64,000 bases of DNA from an uncultured Clostridia bacterium. GTDB lineage: Bacteria > Bacillota > Clostridia > TANB77 > CAG-508. Position numbers and translations under genes: made by a program. The stretch is from positions 1,087 through 65,086 of the forward strand of contig CAKOWZ010000011.1 of NCBI GenBank assembly GCA_934129745.1. Direction: 5' to 3'. Below, in pieces: positions 19,494 to 29,006 of the stretch; position 1 is the first letter of the stretch; the number at the start of each line of letters is the position of its first letter. Under the pieces are notes generated by a model that had not been told where the DNA came from, did not search any database, and worked only from the letters and a program-made list of their open reading frames with translations.

Positions 19494-19528
19494 AGCACAG
19501 GTGTTCAATACAGCTCCTGTGCTTTTTT
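19494..19528 (+). terminator. rho-independent terminator
   Basis: Hairpin agcacagg / cctgtgct followed by TTTTTT. Confidence 0.7.
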
Positions 19529-19530
19529 GC

Positions 19531-19600
19531 AAATAAGTTTTGGCAAATAAAGTTTTTATAAATAAAGTTTTTACAAATAAAGTTTTTACAAATAAATATG
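19531..19600. repeat. tandem repeat of roughly 15 bp, (c)aaataaagtttttay in about 4 copies
   Basis: Direct inspection of the sequence. Confidence 0.6.
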
Positions 19601-19683
19601 ATATATCAGTAATTAATATTATAAAATAAGCCTTTAATAAAATAGTATTAAATAAGGCAAAAGAAGGGATATGGTGAGTACAT

Positions 19684-20334
19684 ATGAAATTTTTAGAAAG
19701 ATTAGCATTAATATTATTTTCAATAATTATGATGATATTGGCTATTACAAGTTGTTTAATTGTATTTGATATTGTTCAATTAAAAACTATATATAAATTA
19801 TTTGAGGAACTTTTAAAAGATGATATTGCAAAAAGAGTAATTATTGGTTCATCAATTGTTACAACATTATTAGCTATAAAATCATTATTTTTTCCGACAA
19901 AAATGAAGAAAAAGCAAGAAATTAAATCAGGTGTTTTATTAGAAAATAAAGATGGTAGATTATTAATTTCTAAAGATACAATTGAAAATCTTGTAAATAG
20001 TGTTGTAAATAGTTTTGAAGAAACAGTTGATAGTCAAACAAAGGTGGTATTAGATTCTGACAATAATCTAACAGTTTTTGTGAGTTTATTAGTAAAAGAT
20101 AACTCTATTATTAAAGAAATGTCTTCAAATATGCAAAATAAAATTAAAGAAACAATTAAGAGAAATACAGATTTAGATGTAAATCAAGTTAATATTAATA
20201 TAAGAGATATTGATAGTAAATCTAGTGGGAAAAATAGTCAAACAAAAATTAAGATAAATAATGTAAAGGTAAATCAAGAAAAAAAACAAAAAGAAGAAAC
20301 AACTAATAAAGAGCAAAATCAACAAATTAGTTAA
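19684..20334 (+). CDS. amaP: AmaP-like alkaline-shock response membrane anchor protein
   Basis: Two N-terminal TM segments plus an Asp23-like soluble region, directly downstream of asp23 as in the S. aureus asp23 operon. Confidence 0.55.
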   Translation: MKFLERLALILFSIIMMILAITSCLIVFDIVQLKTIYKLFEELLKDDIAKRVIIGSSIVTTLLAIKSLFFPTKMKKKQEIKSGVLLENKDGRLLISKDTIENLVNSVVNSFEETVDSQTKVVLDSDNNLTVFVSLLVKDNSIIKEMSSNMQNKIKETIKRNTDLDVNQVNINIRDIDSKSSGKNSQTKIKINNVKVNQEKKQKEETTNKEQNQQIS

Positions 20335-20361
20335 TAAAATAAAAATTTTAATAGGAGGTTT

Positions 20362-20571
20362 TTGATTATGAATGAAAACAATAATTTCTGGTTAAAAAAT
20401 TTAGGAGCTATAATTGGAATTATAATAGGAGCAATTTTGGCATGTACAAAATTATATAGAGTTGTTATTATAATTATGGCAGTTATTGGTGGAGCTTATA
20501 TTGGAAAATATATTCAATATAATAAAGAAGAAGCAAAAGATAAGATGAAAAAGTTTATTGATAAATTATAA
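20362..20571 (+). CDS. small 2-TM membrane protein (DUF2273-like, asp23 operon member)
   Basis: 69 aa, with hydrophobic helices GAIIGIIIGAILA and VVIIIMAVIGGAYIG. Strong RBS. Confidence 0.55.
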   Translation: MIMNENNNFWLKNLGAIIGIIIGAILACTKLYRVVIIIMAVIGGAYIGKYIQYNKEEAKDKMKKFIDKL

Positions 20572-20599
20572 AAATGTAGAAATAGAAGGGTGAAGAAAA

Positions 20600-21049
20600 A
20601 TGAATAAATCAACAATAAGAGAACTAACTTTTAAATTATTATATAGCTTAGAAATTCAAAGAAGTTTTGAAGATGAAGATATTGAATTGTTTTTTGAGGA
20701 TACAGGATTAGAAAGTAATCAAGCAAAAAAACAAATTAAAAATGATGTTAATGAAATAGTATCAAATAAAGAAAATTTATTAAAATTAATTTCAGGAAAC
20801 TTAAAATCTGATTGGAATGTTGAAAGAATTTCAAAAGTAAATATTGCATTATTAGAGATAGCTATATATGAAATGCTATATAAGAAAGTTCCTTATAAAA
20901 TTGTCATTAATGAAGTTGTTGAACTTGCAAAAAAATATGGAGAAGATGCTTCAAGTTCATTTATAAATGGAGTATTAGCTACAATTGTTAAAGAAAATAA
21001 TTTACAACAAAGTAGTGAAATTAAAGAGGAAAATTCTGAAGAAGAGTAA
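20600..21049 (+). CDS. nusB: transcription antitermination factor NusB
   Basis: [16 protein letters not shown]-terminal pattern, and position upstream of xseA (the yqhY-nusB-folD-xseAB synteny seen in Bacillus). Confidence 0.8.
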   Translation: MNKSTIRELTFKLLYSLEIQRSFEDEDIELFFEDTGLESNQAKKQIKNDVNEIVSNKENLLKLISGNLKSDWNVERISKVNIALLEIAIYEMLYKKVPYKIVINEVVELAKKYGEDASSSFINGVLATIVKENNLQQSSEIKEENSEEE

Positions 21050-21073
21050 TACATAAGTGAAAAGAGGGGTAAG

Positions 21074-22264
21074 ATGGAATATAATCCAATTACAGTTACA
21101 GATTTAAATAGATATATAAAAAATAAAGTAGATGGTGATGAATATTTAAATAATGTTCTTGTTAAAGGTGAAATTTCAAATTTTAAGCATCATTATACTG
21201 GACATATGTATTTTACTTTAAAAGATGAAAATTCATTAATAAAATGCATAATGTTTAAAACATATACTCCTAATTTAAAATTTGTTCCAAGAGATGGGAT
21301 GAAAGTAATGATTTTAGGAACTGTTTCGGTTTTTGAAAGAGATGGAGTATATCAAATTTATTGTAAAGCAATGCAAGAAGATGGAATGGGAAGTTTATAT
21401 AAAGCATATGAAGAATTAAAAAATAAACTTGAAAAACAAGGTTTATTTGATATGAAATATAAGAAACCAATTCCTAAATTTCCAAAATGTATAGGAGTTT
21501 TATCAGCAAGTACAGGTTCAGTTATACGTGATATAATAAATGTTTCAACAAGGAGAAATCCAAATTGTTATATTAAATTATTACCAGTTCCAGTTCAAGG
21601 TAAAGGTGCAGGAGAAAAAATTGCAGAAGCAATTAAAATTATGAATAAATACAAATTAGCAGATGTAATTATTTTAGCACGTGGAGGAGGTTCGTTAGAA
21701 GATTTATGGCCATTTAATGAAGAAATTGTAGCACATGCTATTTTTGAATCTGAATTACCTGTAATTTCAGCAGTTGGACATGAAACAGATTTTACAATTG
21801 CAGATTTTGTAGCAGATTTAAGAGCTCCAACACCATCAGCTGCAGCTGAATTGGCAAATCCAAATGTTGCAGATTTAATTTCTGATCTTGAAAAATATAA
21901 TAATAGATTAAAAAAATCACTAATTACAAAAATTGAAACAATGAAATTAAGATATGAAAAATGTATGGCAAGTAGAGTATTTAAAGAACCTTTACAAAAA
22001 ATAAATGAAAGATATATTTTAATTGATATGAAAGTTAAAAAAATGCAAAATTTGATTAATAGTAAAGTAAAAGATGATAAAACTAAAATGGTTGAAGTTA
22101 TTGCAAAACTGGATACTTTGAGTCCTTTAAAGACTTTAGCAAGAGGTTATAGTTTGACAACTGGTATTGATGGGAAAATTATTAAATCAGCTAATAATAT
22201 AAAAAAAGATGATGAATTAGTTATTAGATTTAAAGATGGAAAAACAAATGTTAAGGTTATTTAA
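21074..22264 (+). CDS. xseA: exodeoxyribonuclease VII large subunit
   Basis: OB-fold N-terminus (GEISNFKHHYTGHMYFTLKD) and catalytic core ARGGGSLEDLWPFN. Confidence 0.9.
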   Translation: MEYNPITVTDLNRYIKNKVDGDEYLNNVLVKGEISNFKHHYTGHMYFTLKDENSLIKCIMFKTYTPNLKFVPRDGMKVMILGTVSVFERDGVYQIYCKAMQEDGMGSLYKAYEELKNKLEKQGLFDMKYKKPIPKFPKCIGVLSASTGSVIRDIINVSTRRNPNCYIKLLPVPVQGKGAGEKIAEAIKIMNKYKLADVIILARGGGSLEDLWPFNEEIVAHAIFESELPVISAVGHETDFTIADFVADLRAPTPSAAAELANPNVADLISDLEKYNNRLKKSLITKIETMKLRYEKCMASRVFKEPLQKINERYILIDMKVKKMQNLINSKVKDDKTKMVEVIAKLDTLSPLKTLARGYSLTTGIDGKIIKSANNIKKDDELVIRFKDGKTNVKVI

Positions 22265-22299
22265 AAATAATAGAAAAAATTGAAGGGAGACAAAAGATT

Positions 22300-22770
22300 A
22301 TGAGTAAAAGTAAAAAGGAAAAAGATAATTCTTTAAAAATAATATTAGGTTTATTAATAATTGGTGTTTGTTTATGTTTAGCATATGGTGGAAAAATGTA
22401 TTTAGAAGATAAGAAACCTGTAGAAGCTGTTATTGATAATCAGCAACCTAATAAAGTTGTTGCTGAAGATAAAAAAGATGAAGTAAAAGAAGAGAATAAA
22501 GAAGAAAACAAAGAAGAAAAAGAAGATACTGATAAAAAAGAAGAACAACCAGAACAACCAGAACAACCAGAAAGTGAAGAAGTTAGTGCAAGTGCTGAAG
22601 ATAAAGCTATTGAATTAGCAAAAAAAGAATATGGTGTTACAGATGGAGTTTATTTTAGAATTGAACAAACAAAATCTAGTGATGTTTATGTTGTTAGTGT
22701 AAGAGATGAAAGTACAACAGCAGCATTAGAATGGTATACAGTAAATATTTCTACTGGTGAAGTTAAATAA
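22300..22770 (+). CDS. membrane-anchored protein with acidic E/K/P-rich linker and a PepSY-like C-terminal domain
   Basis: N-terminal TM, repeats EENKEENKEEKED and PEQPEQPE, then AIELAKKEYGVTDGVYFRIE...YVVSVRD...WYTVNISTGEV. Confidence 0.45.
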   Translation: MSKSKKEKDNSLKIILGLLIIGVCLCLAYGGKMYLEDKKPVEAVIDNQQPNKVVAEDKKDEVKEENKEENKEEKEDTDKKEEQPEQPEQPESEEVSASAEDKAIELAKKEYGVTDGVYFRIEQTKSSDVYVVSVRDESTTAALEWYTVNISTGEVK

Positions 22771-22811
22771 TAATAATTAGTACTTAGTAAAAACTGAAAA
22801 GGAGAGGAAAA

Positions 22812-23042
22812 ATGGCTAAAGAAAATAAAGAAAACATAAGCTTTGAAGATACAATGAAACAATTAGAACAAATTGTAACAGAACTTGAAAAAAATGATTT
22901 AGATTTAGATACATCAGTTACTAAATTTGAAGAAGGAATGAAATTATCTAAACAATGTAGTCAAATGTTAGATGATGCAGAAAAAAGAATTAGTATATTA
23001 GTAAGCTCTGAAGATGGGATTGTTGAAAAAGATTTTGAGTAA
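22812..23042 (+). CDS. xseB: exodeoxyribonuclease VII small subunit
   Basis: SFEDTMKQLEQIVTELE..LDLD is the typical XseB coiled coil. Confidence 0.85.
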   Translation: MAKENKENISFEDTMKQLEQIVTELEKNDLDLDTSVTKFEEGMKLSKQCSQMLDDAEKRISILVSSEDGIVEKDFE

Positions 23043-23096
23043 TAATAACATATTGTAGATTATGATAATTGCTAAAGATGGAAAGGTGTGGAGCAC

Positions 23097-24758
23097 ATGA
23101 AGGATATTGAAATTGCACAAAATGCTAAATTAGAGAAAATAGAAAATATAGCTAAAAAAATACAAATAGAAGATGAATATCTTGAACAATATGGAAAATA
23201 TAAAGCAAAAATTGATTTATCAATTTTTGATAAACTGAAAAATAAGGAAAATGGTAAATTAATTTTAGTTACATCAATTAATCCAACTCCATTAGGAGAA
23301 GGAAAAACTACAGTATCAATTGGTATAACAGATGGTTTAAATAAAATAGGAAAAAAAGCAATTGCAACATTAAGAGAACCATCTTTAGGACCTGTTTTTG
23401 GAATTAAAGGTGGAGCAACAGGTGGAGGATATTCACAAATAGCACCAATGGAAGATATAAATTTACATTTTACAGGTGATATTCATGCAATAACATCAGC
23501 TAATAATTTATTATCAGCAATTATTGATAATCATATTTATTTTGGAAACAAACTTCAATTTGAAAAAGTTACTTGGAAAAGATGTGTTGATTTAAATGAT
23601 AGACAATTAAGATGTGTTAAAACTGGATTATCAGGTGAAAAAAACATTGTACCAAGAATAGATGGATTTGATATAACAGTTGCATCAGAAATAATGGCTG
23701 TATTATGTTTATCAAAAAATATACAAGATTTAAAAAATAAAATATCAGAAATAATAGTAGGATATAATATAGAAAAACAACCAATTAAAGTAAAAGATTT
23801 GAATGCACAAGGAGCATTAACAGTTTTATTGAAAGATGCAATAAAACCAAATTTGGTTCAAACACTAGAAAATAACCCATGTTTAGTTCATGGTGGACCT
23901 TTTGCAAATATAGCACATGGATGTAATAGTATAATTGCAACAAAAATGGCATTAAAGTTAGGGGATTATGTTGTTACTGAGGCTGGATTTGGAGCAGACT
24001 TAGGAGCAGAAAAATTCTTAGATATTAAATGTAGAAAATCAGGACTAAAACCAGATTGTGTTGTTTGTGTTGCAACAATTAAAGCTTTAAAATATCATGG
24101 AGGAATGGCAAAAGAAGATATTCAAAATGAAAATATTGAAGCATTAATTAAAGGAAGTAAAAATATTTTAAAACATATTGAAAATATAAGAAAAAAATTT
24201 GGATTAAATGTTATTGTTGCAATAAATAAATATAATACTGATACAGAAAAAGAAATTCAAACTTTAAATAATATTTTAAATGATAATGGAATACAATTAA
24301 GTTTGTGTGAAAATTGGGAAAAAGGAAGCCAGGGGATTATAGATTTGGCTAATAAAATTGTTGATTTATGTGATGAAAAATCAAATTTGAAATTTATATA
24401 TGATTTAGAAGATACAATTGAAAATAAAATAGAAAAAATTTGTACTAATATATATGGTGCAGAAGGTGTAGAATATACAGAAAAAGCAAAAGAAAATATT
24501 GAAAATATACGAAAATTAGGTTATGAGAATTTACCTATATGTATTGCAAAAACACAATATTCTTTTTCAGATGATCCGAAAAACCTAGAATGCAATACAA
24601 AATTTAATATCCATGTTGAAGATGTTAATTTAAAAACAGGAGCTGGATTTATAGTTGTTTTAACAGGAAAAATTATGACAATGCCTGGTTTACCAAAAAC
24701 TCCAGCAGCAGAAAATATTGATATTGATTTAAATGGAAATATTGTGGGAATTTTTTAA
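23097..24758 (+). CDS. fhs: formate--tetrahydrofolate ligase
   Basis: SDIEIAQ-like N-terminus, PTPLGEGKTT P-loop and LVHGGPFANIAHG motif. Confidence 0.9.
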   Translation: MKDIEIAQNAKLEKIENIAKKIQIEDEYLEQYGKYKAKIDLSIFDKLKNKENGKLILVTSINPTPLGEGKTTVSIGITDGLNKIGKKAIATLREPSLGPVFGIKGGATGGGYSQIAPMEDINLHFTGDIHAITSANNLLSAIIDNHIYFGNKLQFEKVTWKRCVDLNDRQLRCVKTGLSGEKNIVPRIDGFDITVASEIMAVLCLSKNIQDLKNKISEIIVGYNIEKQPIKVKDLNAQGALTVLLKDAIKPNLVQTLENNPCLVHGGPFANIAHGCNSIIATKMALKLGDYVVTEAGFGADLGAEKFLDIKCRKSGLKPDCVVCVATIKALKYHGGMAKEDIQNENIEALIKGSKNILKHIENIRKKFGLNVIVAINKYNTDTEKEIQTLNNILNDNGIQLSLCENWEKGSQGIIDLANKIVDLCDEKSNLKFIYDLEDTIENKIEKICTNIYGAEGVEYTEKAKENIENIRKLGYENLPICIAKTQYSFSDDPKNLECNTKFNIHVEDVNLKTGAGFIVVLTGKIMTMPGLPKTPAAENIDIDLNGNIVGIF

Positions 24759-24816
24759 AAAATAGTATAATTCACTTTATTTTGGAAAAGATAATTCTAA
24801 AATGAGGTGATTTTTT

Positions 24817-25557
24817 ATGTTTAAAAATAATTTAGATAAAATATATAAATCTAATAATTCAGCAAAAATAAAAAGAACTAGAAAAACACAAAAAATTTGT
24901 GCATTAGTTAATATAATAGCTGTATTTATGATGTTCTTTTTATATAATTTATCATTTAGAACAAATGAATCTTTTGCTTTATCAAAATATGGTTCAAGTG
25001 GAAGTGAAGTAAGGCAAATTCAAACAAAGTTAAAAAGATGGGGATATTATAGTGGAAATGTTGATGGAATTTATGGTAGTAGAACAGTAGCAGCAGTAAG
25101 AAGTTTTCAAGCTAAAAATGGATTAACTGTTGATGGAATTGCTGGAAAAAGAACATTAGAGGCAATGGGAATTTTTTCATCTTCATCAAGTAGTAGTAGT
25201 TCTAGTAACAATGACCTTAATCTATTGGCTCGTATAATTCATGCAGAGGCAAGAGGAGAACCATATAAAGGTCAGGTCGCAGTTGGAGCAGTAGTATTAA
25301 ATAGAGTAAAAAGCAGTAGGTTTCCAAACACTATAGCAGGTGTAATCTATCAAAAAGGAGCTTTTGATGCTGTTAGTGATGGTCAGATTAATTATGCACC
25401 AGATAGTACAGCAATTAATGCAGCAAGAGATGCACTAAATGGATGGGATCCTACTTCTGGTTGTATTTATTATTTTAATCCAAGTACTGCTACAAGTAAA
25501 TGGATTTGGTCTAGGCCACATGTTATTACTATTGGAAAACATAGATTTTGTAAATAA
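24817..25557 (+). CDS. sleB: SleB-like spore cortex-lytic / cell wall hydrolase (TM anchor, PG-binding domain, hydrolase-2 domain)
   Basis: PG_binding_1 motif (VRQIQTKLKRWGYYSGNVDGIYGSRTVAAVRSFQ) and LLARIIHAEARGEPYKGQVAVGAVVLNRV. Confidence 0.8.
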   Translation: MFKNNLDKIYKSNNSAKIKRTRKTQKICALVNIIAVFMMFFLYNLSFRTNESFALSKYGSSGSEVRQIQTKLKRWGYYSGNVDGIYGSRTVAAVRSFQAKNGLTVDGIAGKRTLEAMGIFSSSSSSSSSSNNDLNLLARIIHAEARGEPYKGQVAVGAVVLNRVKSSRFPNTIAGVIYQKGAFDAVSDGQINYAPDSTAINAARDALNGWDPTSGCIYYFNPSTATSKWIWSRPHVITIGKHRFCK

Positions 25558-25558
25558 G

Positions 25559-25605
25559 AGAAATGAAACAAAATTGCTCTGTCCCCAATTGTTTCATTTC
25601 TTTTG
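25559..25605 (+). terminator. hairpin terminator after sleB
   Basis: Stem gaaatgaaacaa / ttgtttcatttc followed by a T-run. The loop contains GTCCCCAATTG, a motif shared with the 55-bp repeat family. Confidence 0.5.
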
Positions 25606-25666
25606 AACATCTTGACAAATTCATATTTCACTGATAATATAAATGTGTAAAATAAGGAGGAAAAAT

Positions 25667-26167
25667 ATGCTAATTTATCCAAAACATTATTGTAATAATG
25701 TACGAGAAATTGATATAGAATTCTTAAGGAAAAACAATATAAAAGGAATTATTCTAGATGTAGATAATACATTAATAGATTACTATAGAAATTTTGAAGA
25801 AGGTACAATTGAATGGGTAAAAAAACTTAAAAATGATGGCATAAAATTTTACATTGTATCAAATAGTAATAAAGTAGATAAAGTGAAATATGTTGCTGAA
25901 ACACTTGAGTTGCCTTTTATAAGTTTTGCAAAAAAACCATTTAAAACTGGTTTTTTAAAAGCACAAAAAGCCATGGGGCTAGAAGCTGAAAATGTTGCAG
26001 CAATTGGTGATCAAATTATGACAGATGTAATTGGTTCAAATAGATGTAAAATGTTTTCAATTTTGGTTAAGCCTATAAATGAAAAAGATATTTTAATAAC
26101 AAAAATTAAAAGACCTATTGAAGATTGGATTATAAGTTCATATTTAAAAAAGAAAGAGAAGGTATAA
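25667..26167 (+). CDS. yqeG: YqeG-family HAD-IIIA phosphatase
   Basis: DVDNTL motif I and IGDQIMTDV motif. An AAGGAGG RBS lies 8 nt upstream. Confidence 0.75.
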   Translation: MLIYPKHYCNNVREIDIEFLRKNNIKGIILDVDNTLIDYYRNFEEGTIEWVKKLKNDGIKFYIVSNSNKVDKVKYVAETLELPFISFAKKPFKTGFLKAQKAMGLEAENVAAIGDQIMTDVIGSNRCKMFSILVKPINEKDILITKIKRPIEDWIISSYLKKKEKV

Positions 26168-26173
26168 ATATAA

Positions 26174-26923
26174 ATGTTTATAAATGATATACATATTTTC
26201 TGGTATGTTGGAATTGGTTTATTAGGACTATTTGTTGGAAGATTGATAGGATTAGTAAATAACAATTTACCTGAACATAAAGAAATTTTTTCATTAGATG
26301 TTATTAAAGAATACATAAAAAATTCAGAAGCAAATTATATAATAATGATTGTTATAAGTGTAATTTATATAGCACTACTTAGAGTTATTGGAATGGATGA
26401 TAAAATTGAATTATTACAATTTTTAATTTTAACCCCAATGCTAGTATCAGCTTTTTGTATAGATTATAAATTACAAATAATTCCAAATAGATTAACACTT
26501 ACAATGCTAGAGGTTGGAATTGCATTTAGTTTTTTTAGAGGAATAAATAATTTAAATATAGCAGTTGAAATGTGGCTAGGAATGATATTAGGTGCAGGAA
26601 TATTCCTATTACTTACATATTTAGGAAATTTAATATTTAAAAAAGAAACAATGGGATTTGGAGATGTTAAATTAATGGCTTCTCTTGGATTGTTTTTTGG
26701 TTGGAGAAATGTAATTGCTATAACTGTTTTATCATTTTTTATAGCTACAGTATTTATATTATGTTTAGTAATAAAAAATAAAATTCAAAAAAAGCAAACA
26801 GAAGAATTTATTCCATTTGGACCTTTTATAGTATTAGCATCATTTATTGTTATGTTTGTACCATTAAATATTTGGATTAAATTGATTTTCTTTGTGTTCA
26901 CATTAGGTAAATACAAATTTTAG
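26174..26923 (+). CDS. A24-family prepilin peptidase (type IV leader peptidase-like)
   Basis: Polytopic membrane protein with the MGFGDVKL (GxGDxKL) motif and an upstream D...IPN motif. Confidence 0.65.
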   Translation: MFINDIHIFWYVGIGLLGLFVGRLIGLVNNNLPEHKEIFSLDVIKEYIKNSEANYIIMIVISVIYIALLRVIGMDDKIELLQFLILTPMLVSAFCIDYKLQIIPNRLTLTMLEVGIAFSFFRGINNLNIAVEMWLGMILGAGIFLLLTYLGNLIFKKETMGFGDVKLMASLGLFFGWRNVIAITVLSFFIATVFILCLVIKNKIQKKQTEEFIPFGPFIVLASFIVMFVPLNIWIKLIFFVFTLGKYKF

Positions 26924-26943
26924 TGATAATTGGGGGATGTTTT

Positions 26944-28032
26944 ATGAATGAAAAAATAGAGGCATTAAGGGAAAGATTAAAAAGTTTAGATTTACAAGGA
27001 ATGATTATTACAAATCCTGTAAATATAAGATATTTGACAAATATAAATGCAGAAGGAGTTTTGCTTTTAACAAGACGTGAAAATGTATATATTACAGATG
27101 GAAGATATATGGAAGTTGTAAAAAATGCACTTACAATAGAAGATGAAGTTATTGTATATAGTTTTAGAGAATTAACAAAAGAAGACTATGAAAATTTCTT
27201 TATTTTTTGTGAAAATGTAGGATTTGAAGAAAATAATCTTACATATGCTCAATATAAGGAATATATGCATAAATATAAAATAAATAATTTTGAGGAAACT
27301 GAAGGATTATTAGAAAGACTTAGAGTTGAAAAAAAAGAAGATGAGATTGAAAATATAAAAAAAGCTTGTCTAATAACTGACAATTGTTTTGAATATCTTA
27401 AAAAATTTATAAAAATCGGAATGACCGAAAAAGAAATAGCATTTGAAATTCAAAAATATTTTTTAATGAATGGTGCTGATGAACTTGCATTTAATACAAT
27501 TGTTGCTTCAGGTCCAAATTCATCAATGCCTCATGCTGTTCCAACAGACAGGAAAATTGAAGATGGAGATCCAATTACAATTGATATGGGATGTAAAGTT
27601 AATGGATATTGTTCAGATATGACAAGAACAGTTTTTGCAGGACATGTTCCTCAATATATGAAGCCAGTTTATGATTTAGTTTTGAAAAATCAATTACGTG
27701 TTTTAGAAGAATTAAAAGAAGGAGCTAATATTAAACTTATAGCTAAAAGTGTTGAAAGTGAATTTAAACTACATGGAACAAATATGATTCATAGTCTTGG
27801 ACATGGTGTTGGTTTAGATATTCATGAATATCCATTTATGAGTTCTAAACAAGACTTTTTGTTAAAAGAAAATATGGTGATTACTGATGAACCAGGAATC
27901 TATATTCCAGGCAGATTTGGTGTTAGAATAGAAGATACAGTTTTGATTACAAAATATGCATCTCAAAAACTAACAATGAGTGATAAAAATTATGTAATTG
28001 TTGGTGCATCTGAGGATACCTCTAAAATGTAA
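26944..28032 (+). CDS. pepP: Xaa-Pro aminopeptidase (M24 family)
   Basis: HGVGLDIHEYP, ITDEPGIY and GVRIEDTV metal-ligand motifs. Confidence 0.85.
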   Translation: MNEKIEALRERLKSLDLQGMIITNPVNIRYLTNINAEGVLLLTRRENVYITDGRYMEVVKNALTIEDEVIVYSFRELTKEDYENFFIFCENVGFEENNLTYAQYKEYMHKYKINNFEETEGLLERLRVEKKEDEIENIKKACLITDNCFEYLKKFIKIGMTEKEIAFEIQKYFLMNGADELAFNTIVASGPNSSMPHAVPTDRKIEDGDPITIDMGCKVNGYCSDMTRTVFAGHVPQYMKPVYDLVLKNQLRVLEELKEGANIKLIAKSVESEFKLHGTNMIHSLGHGVGLDIHEYPFMSSKQDFLLKENMVITDEPGIYIPGRFGVRIEDTVLITKYASQKLTMSDKNYVIVGASEDTSKM

Positions 28033-28070
28033 CATTAATTTATAACTGGAAATTAAAGTGATTACTTAAG

Positions 28071-28106
28071 ACAGGTTAAACAGATTTGAGTTTAACCTGT
28101 TTTTTG
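28071..28106 (+). terminator. rho-independent terminator
   Basis: Hairpin acaggttaaac / gtttaacctgt followed by TTTTTT. Confidence 0.7.
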
Positions 28107-28328
28107 AAGAAATTTAAAGAAAAAATGATAAATATAGCTAAAAATATTTATTTTCAAAGCAATAAATAATAACTAAAAATTCACAATTTGGACACAAAAA
28201 TATTGTATAATAAAACAATAATATGAAATAAAGGTATAATTTGGTAGATGTTTCAAAAAACATTACTAAAAATAAAGGTGCAATTTAAAATGCAACCCAA
28301 AAAACATAATAAAAAAGGAATGATAAAT

Positions 28329-29006
28329 ATGGGCGAAATTACAATTTTAGTTGTTGATGATGAATCAAGAATGAGAAAATTGATAAAAGATTTTTTGGTA
28401 AAAAAAGAATATCATATTTTAGAAGCTGTTGATGGTGAAGATGCATTAAAAGTTTTTGAAGAAAATAAAGAAAAAATTAATTTAATATTACTTGATGTAA
28501 TGATGCCAAAATTAGATGGATGGTCTGTTTTAAGGCAAATTCGACAAGAATCAAATATACCTATAATTATGCTTACAGCAAGAGGTGAAGAACAAGATGA
28601 ATTATTTGGATTTGAATTAGGTGTTGATGAATATATTTCAAAACCATTTAGTCCTAAAATTTTAGTGGCAAGGGTAGAGGCTTTGCTAAAAAGAACTATA
28701 AAAACAAAAAATAATGTGTATGATATTGGTGGAATTGAAATAGATAGTGATGGAAGAACAGTAAAAGTAGATTCAAAAATAGTTGAATTAAGTTTAAGAG
28801 AATACGAGCTTTTGAAATATTTAATTGATAATAAAGGAATTGCATTATCAAGAGATAAAATTTTAAATAATGTTTGGAATTATGATTATTATGGAGATTC
28901 AAGAACTATAGATAGTCATGTTAAAAAAATTAGACATAAATTAGGAAAAAAAGGAAAATATATTCAAACAATGAGAGGTGTGGGATATAAATTTGAAGTT
29001 AAATAA
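28329..29006 (+). CDS. OmpR-family response regulator
   Basis: Receiver domain (ILVVDDE, LLDVMMP) plus a winged-helix output domain (RTIDSHVKKIRHKL). Confidence 0.85.
   Translation: MGEITILVVDDESRMRKLIKDFLVKKEYHILEAVDGEDALKVFEENKEKINLILLDVMMPKLDGWSVLRQIRQESNIPIIMLTARGEEQDELFGFELGVDEYISKPFSPKILVARVEALLKRTIKTKNNVYDIGGIEIDSDGRTVKVDSKIVELSLREYELLKYLIDNKGIALSRDKILNNVWNYDYYGDSRTIDSHVKKIRHKLGKKGKYIQTMRGVGYKFEVK

Noticed and set aside
19531-19600. Possible CRISPR array
   Set aside because: These are short direct repeats with no unique spacers of regular length and no cas genes nearby. The same holds for the arrays at 35262-35400 and 36939-37000. They are simple tandem repeats.
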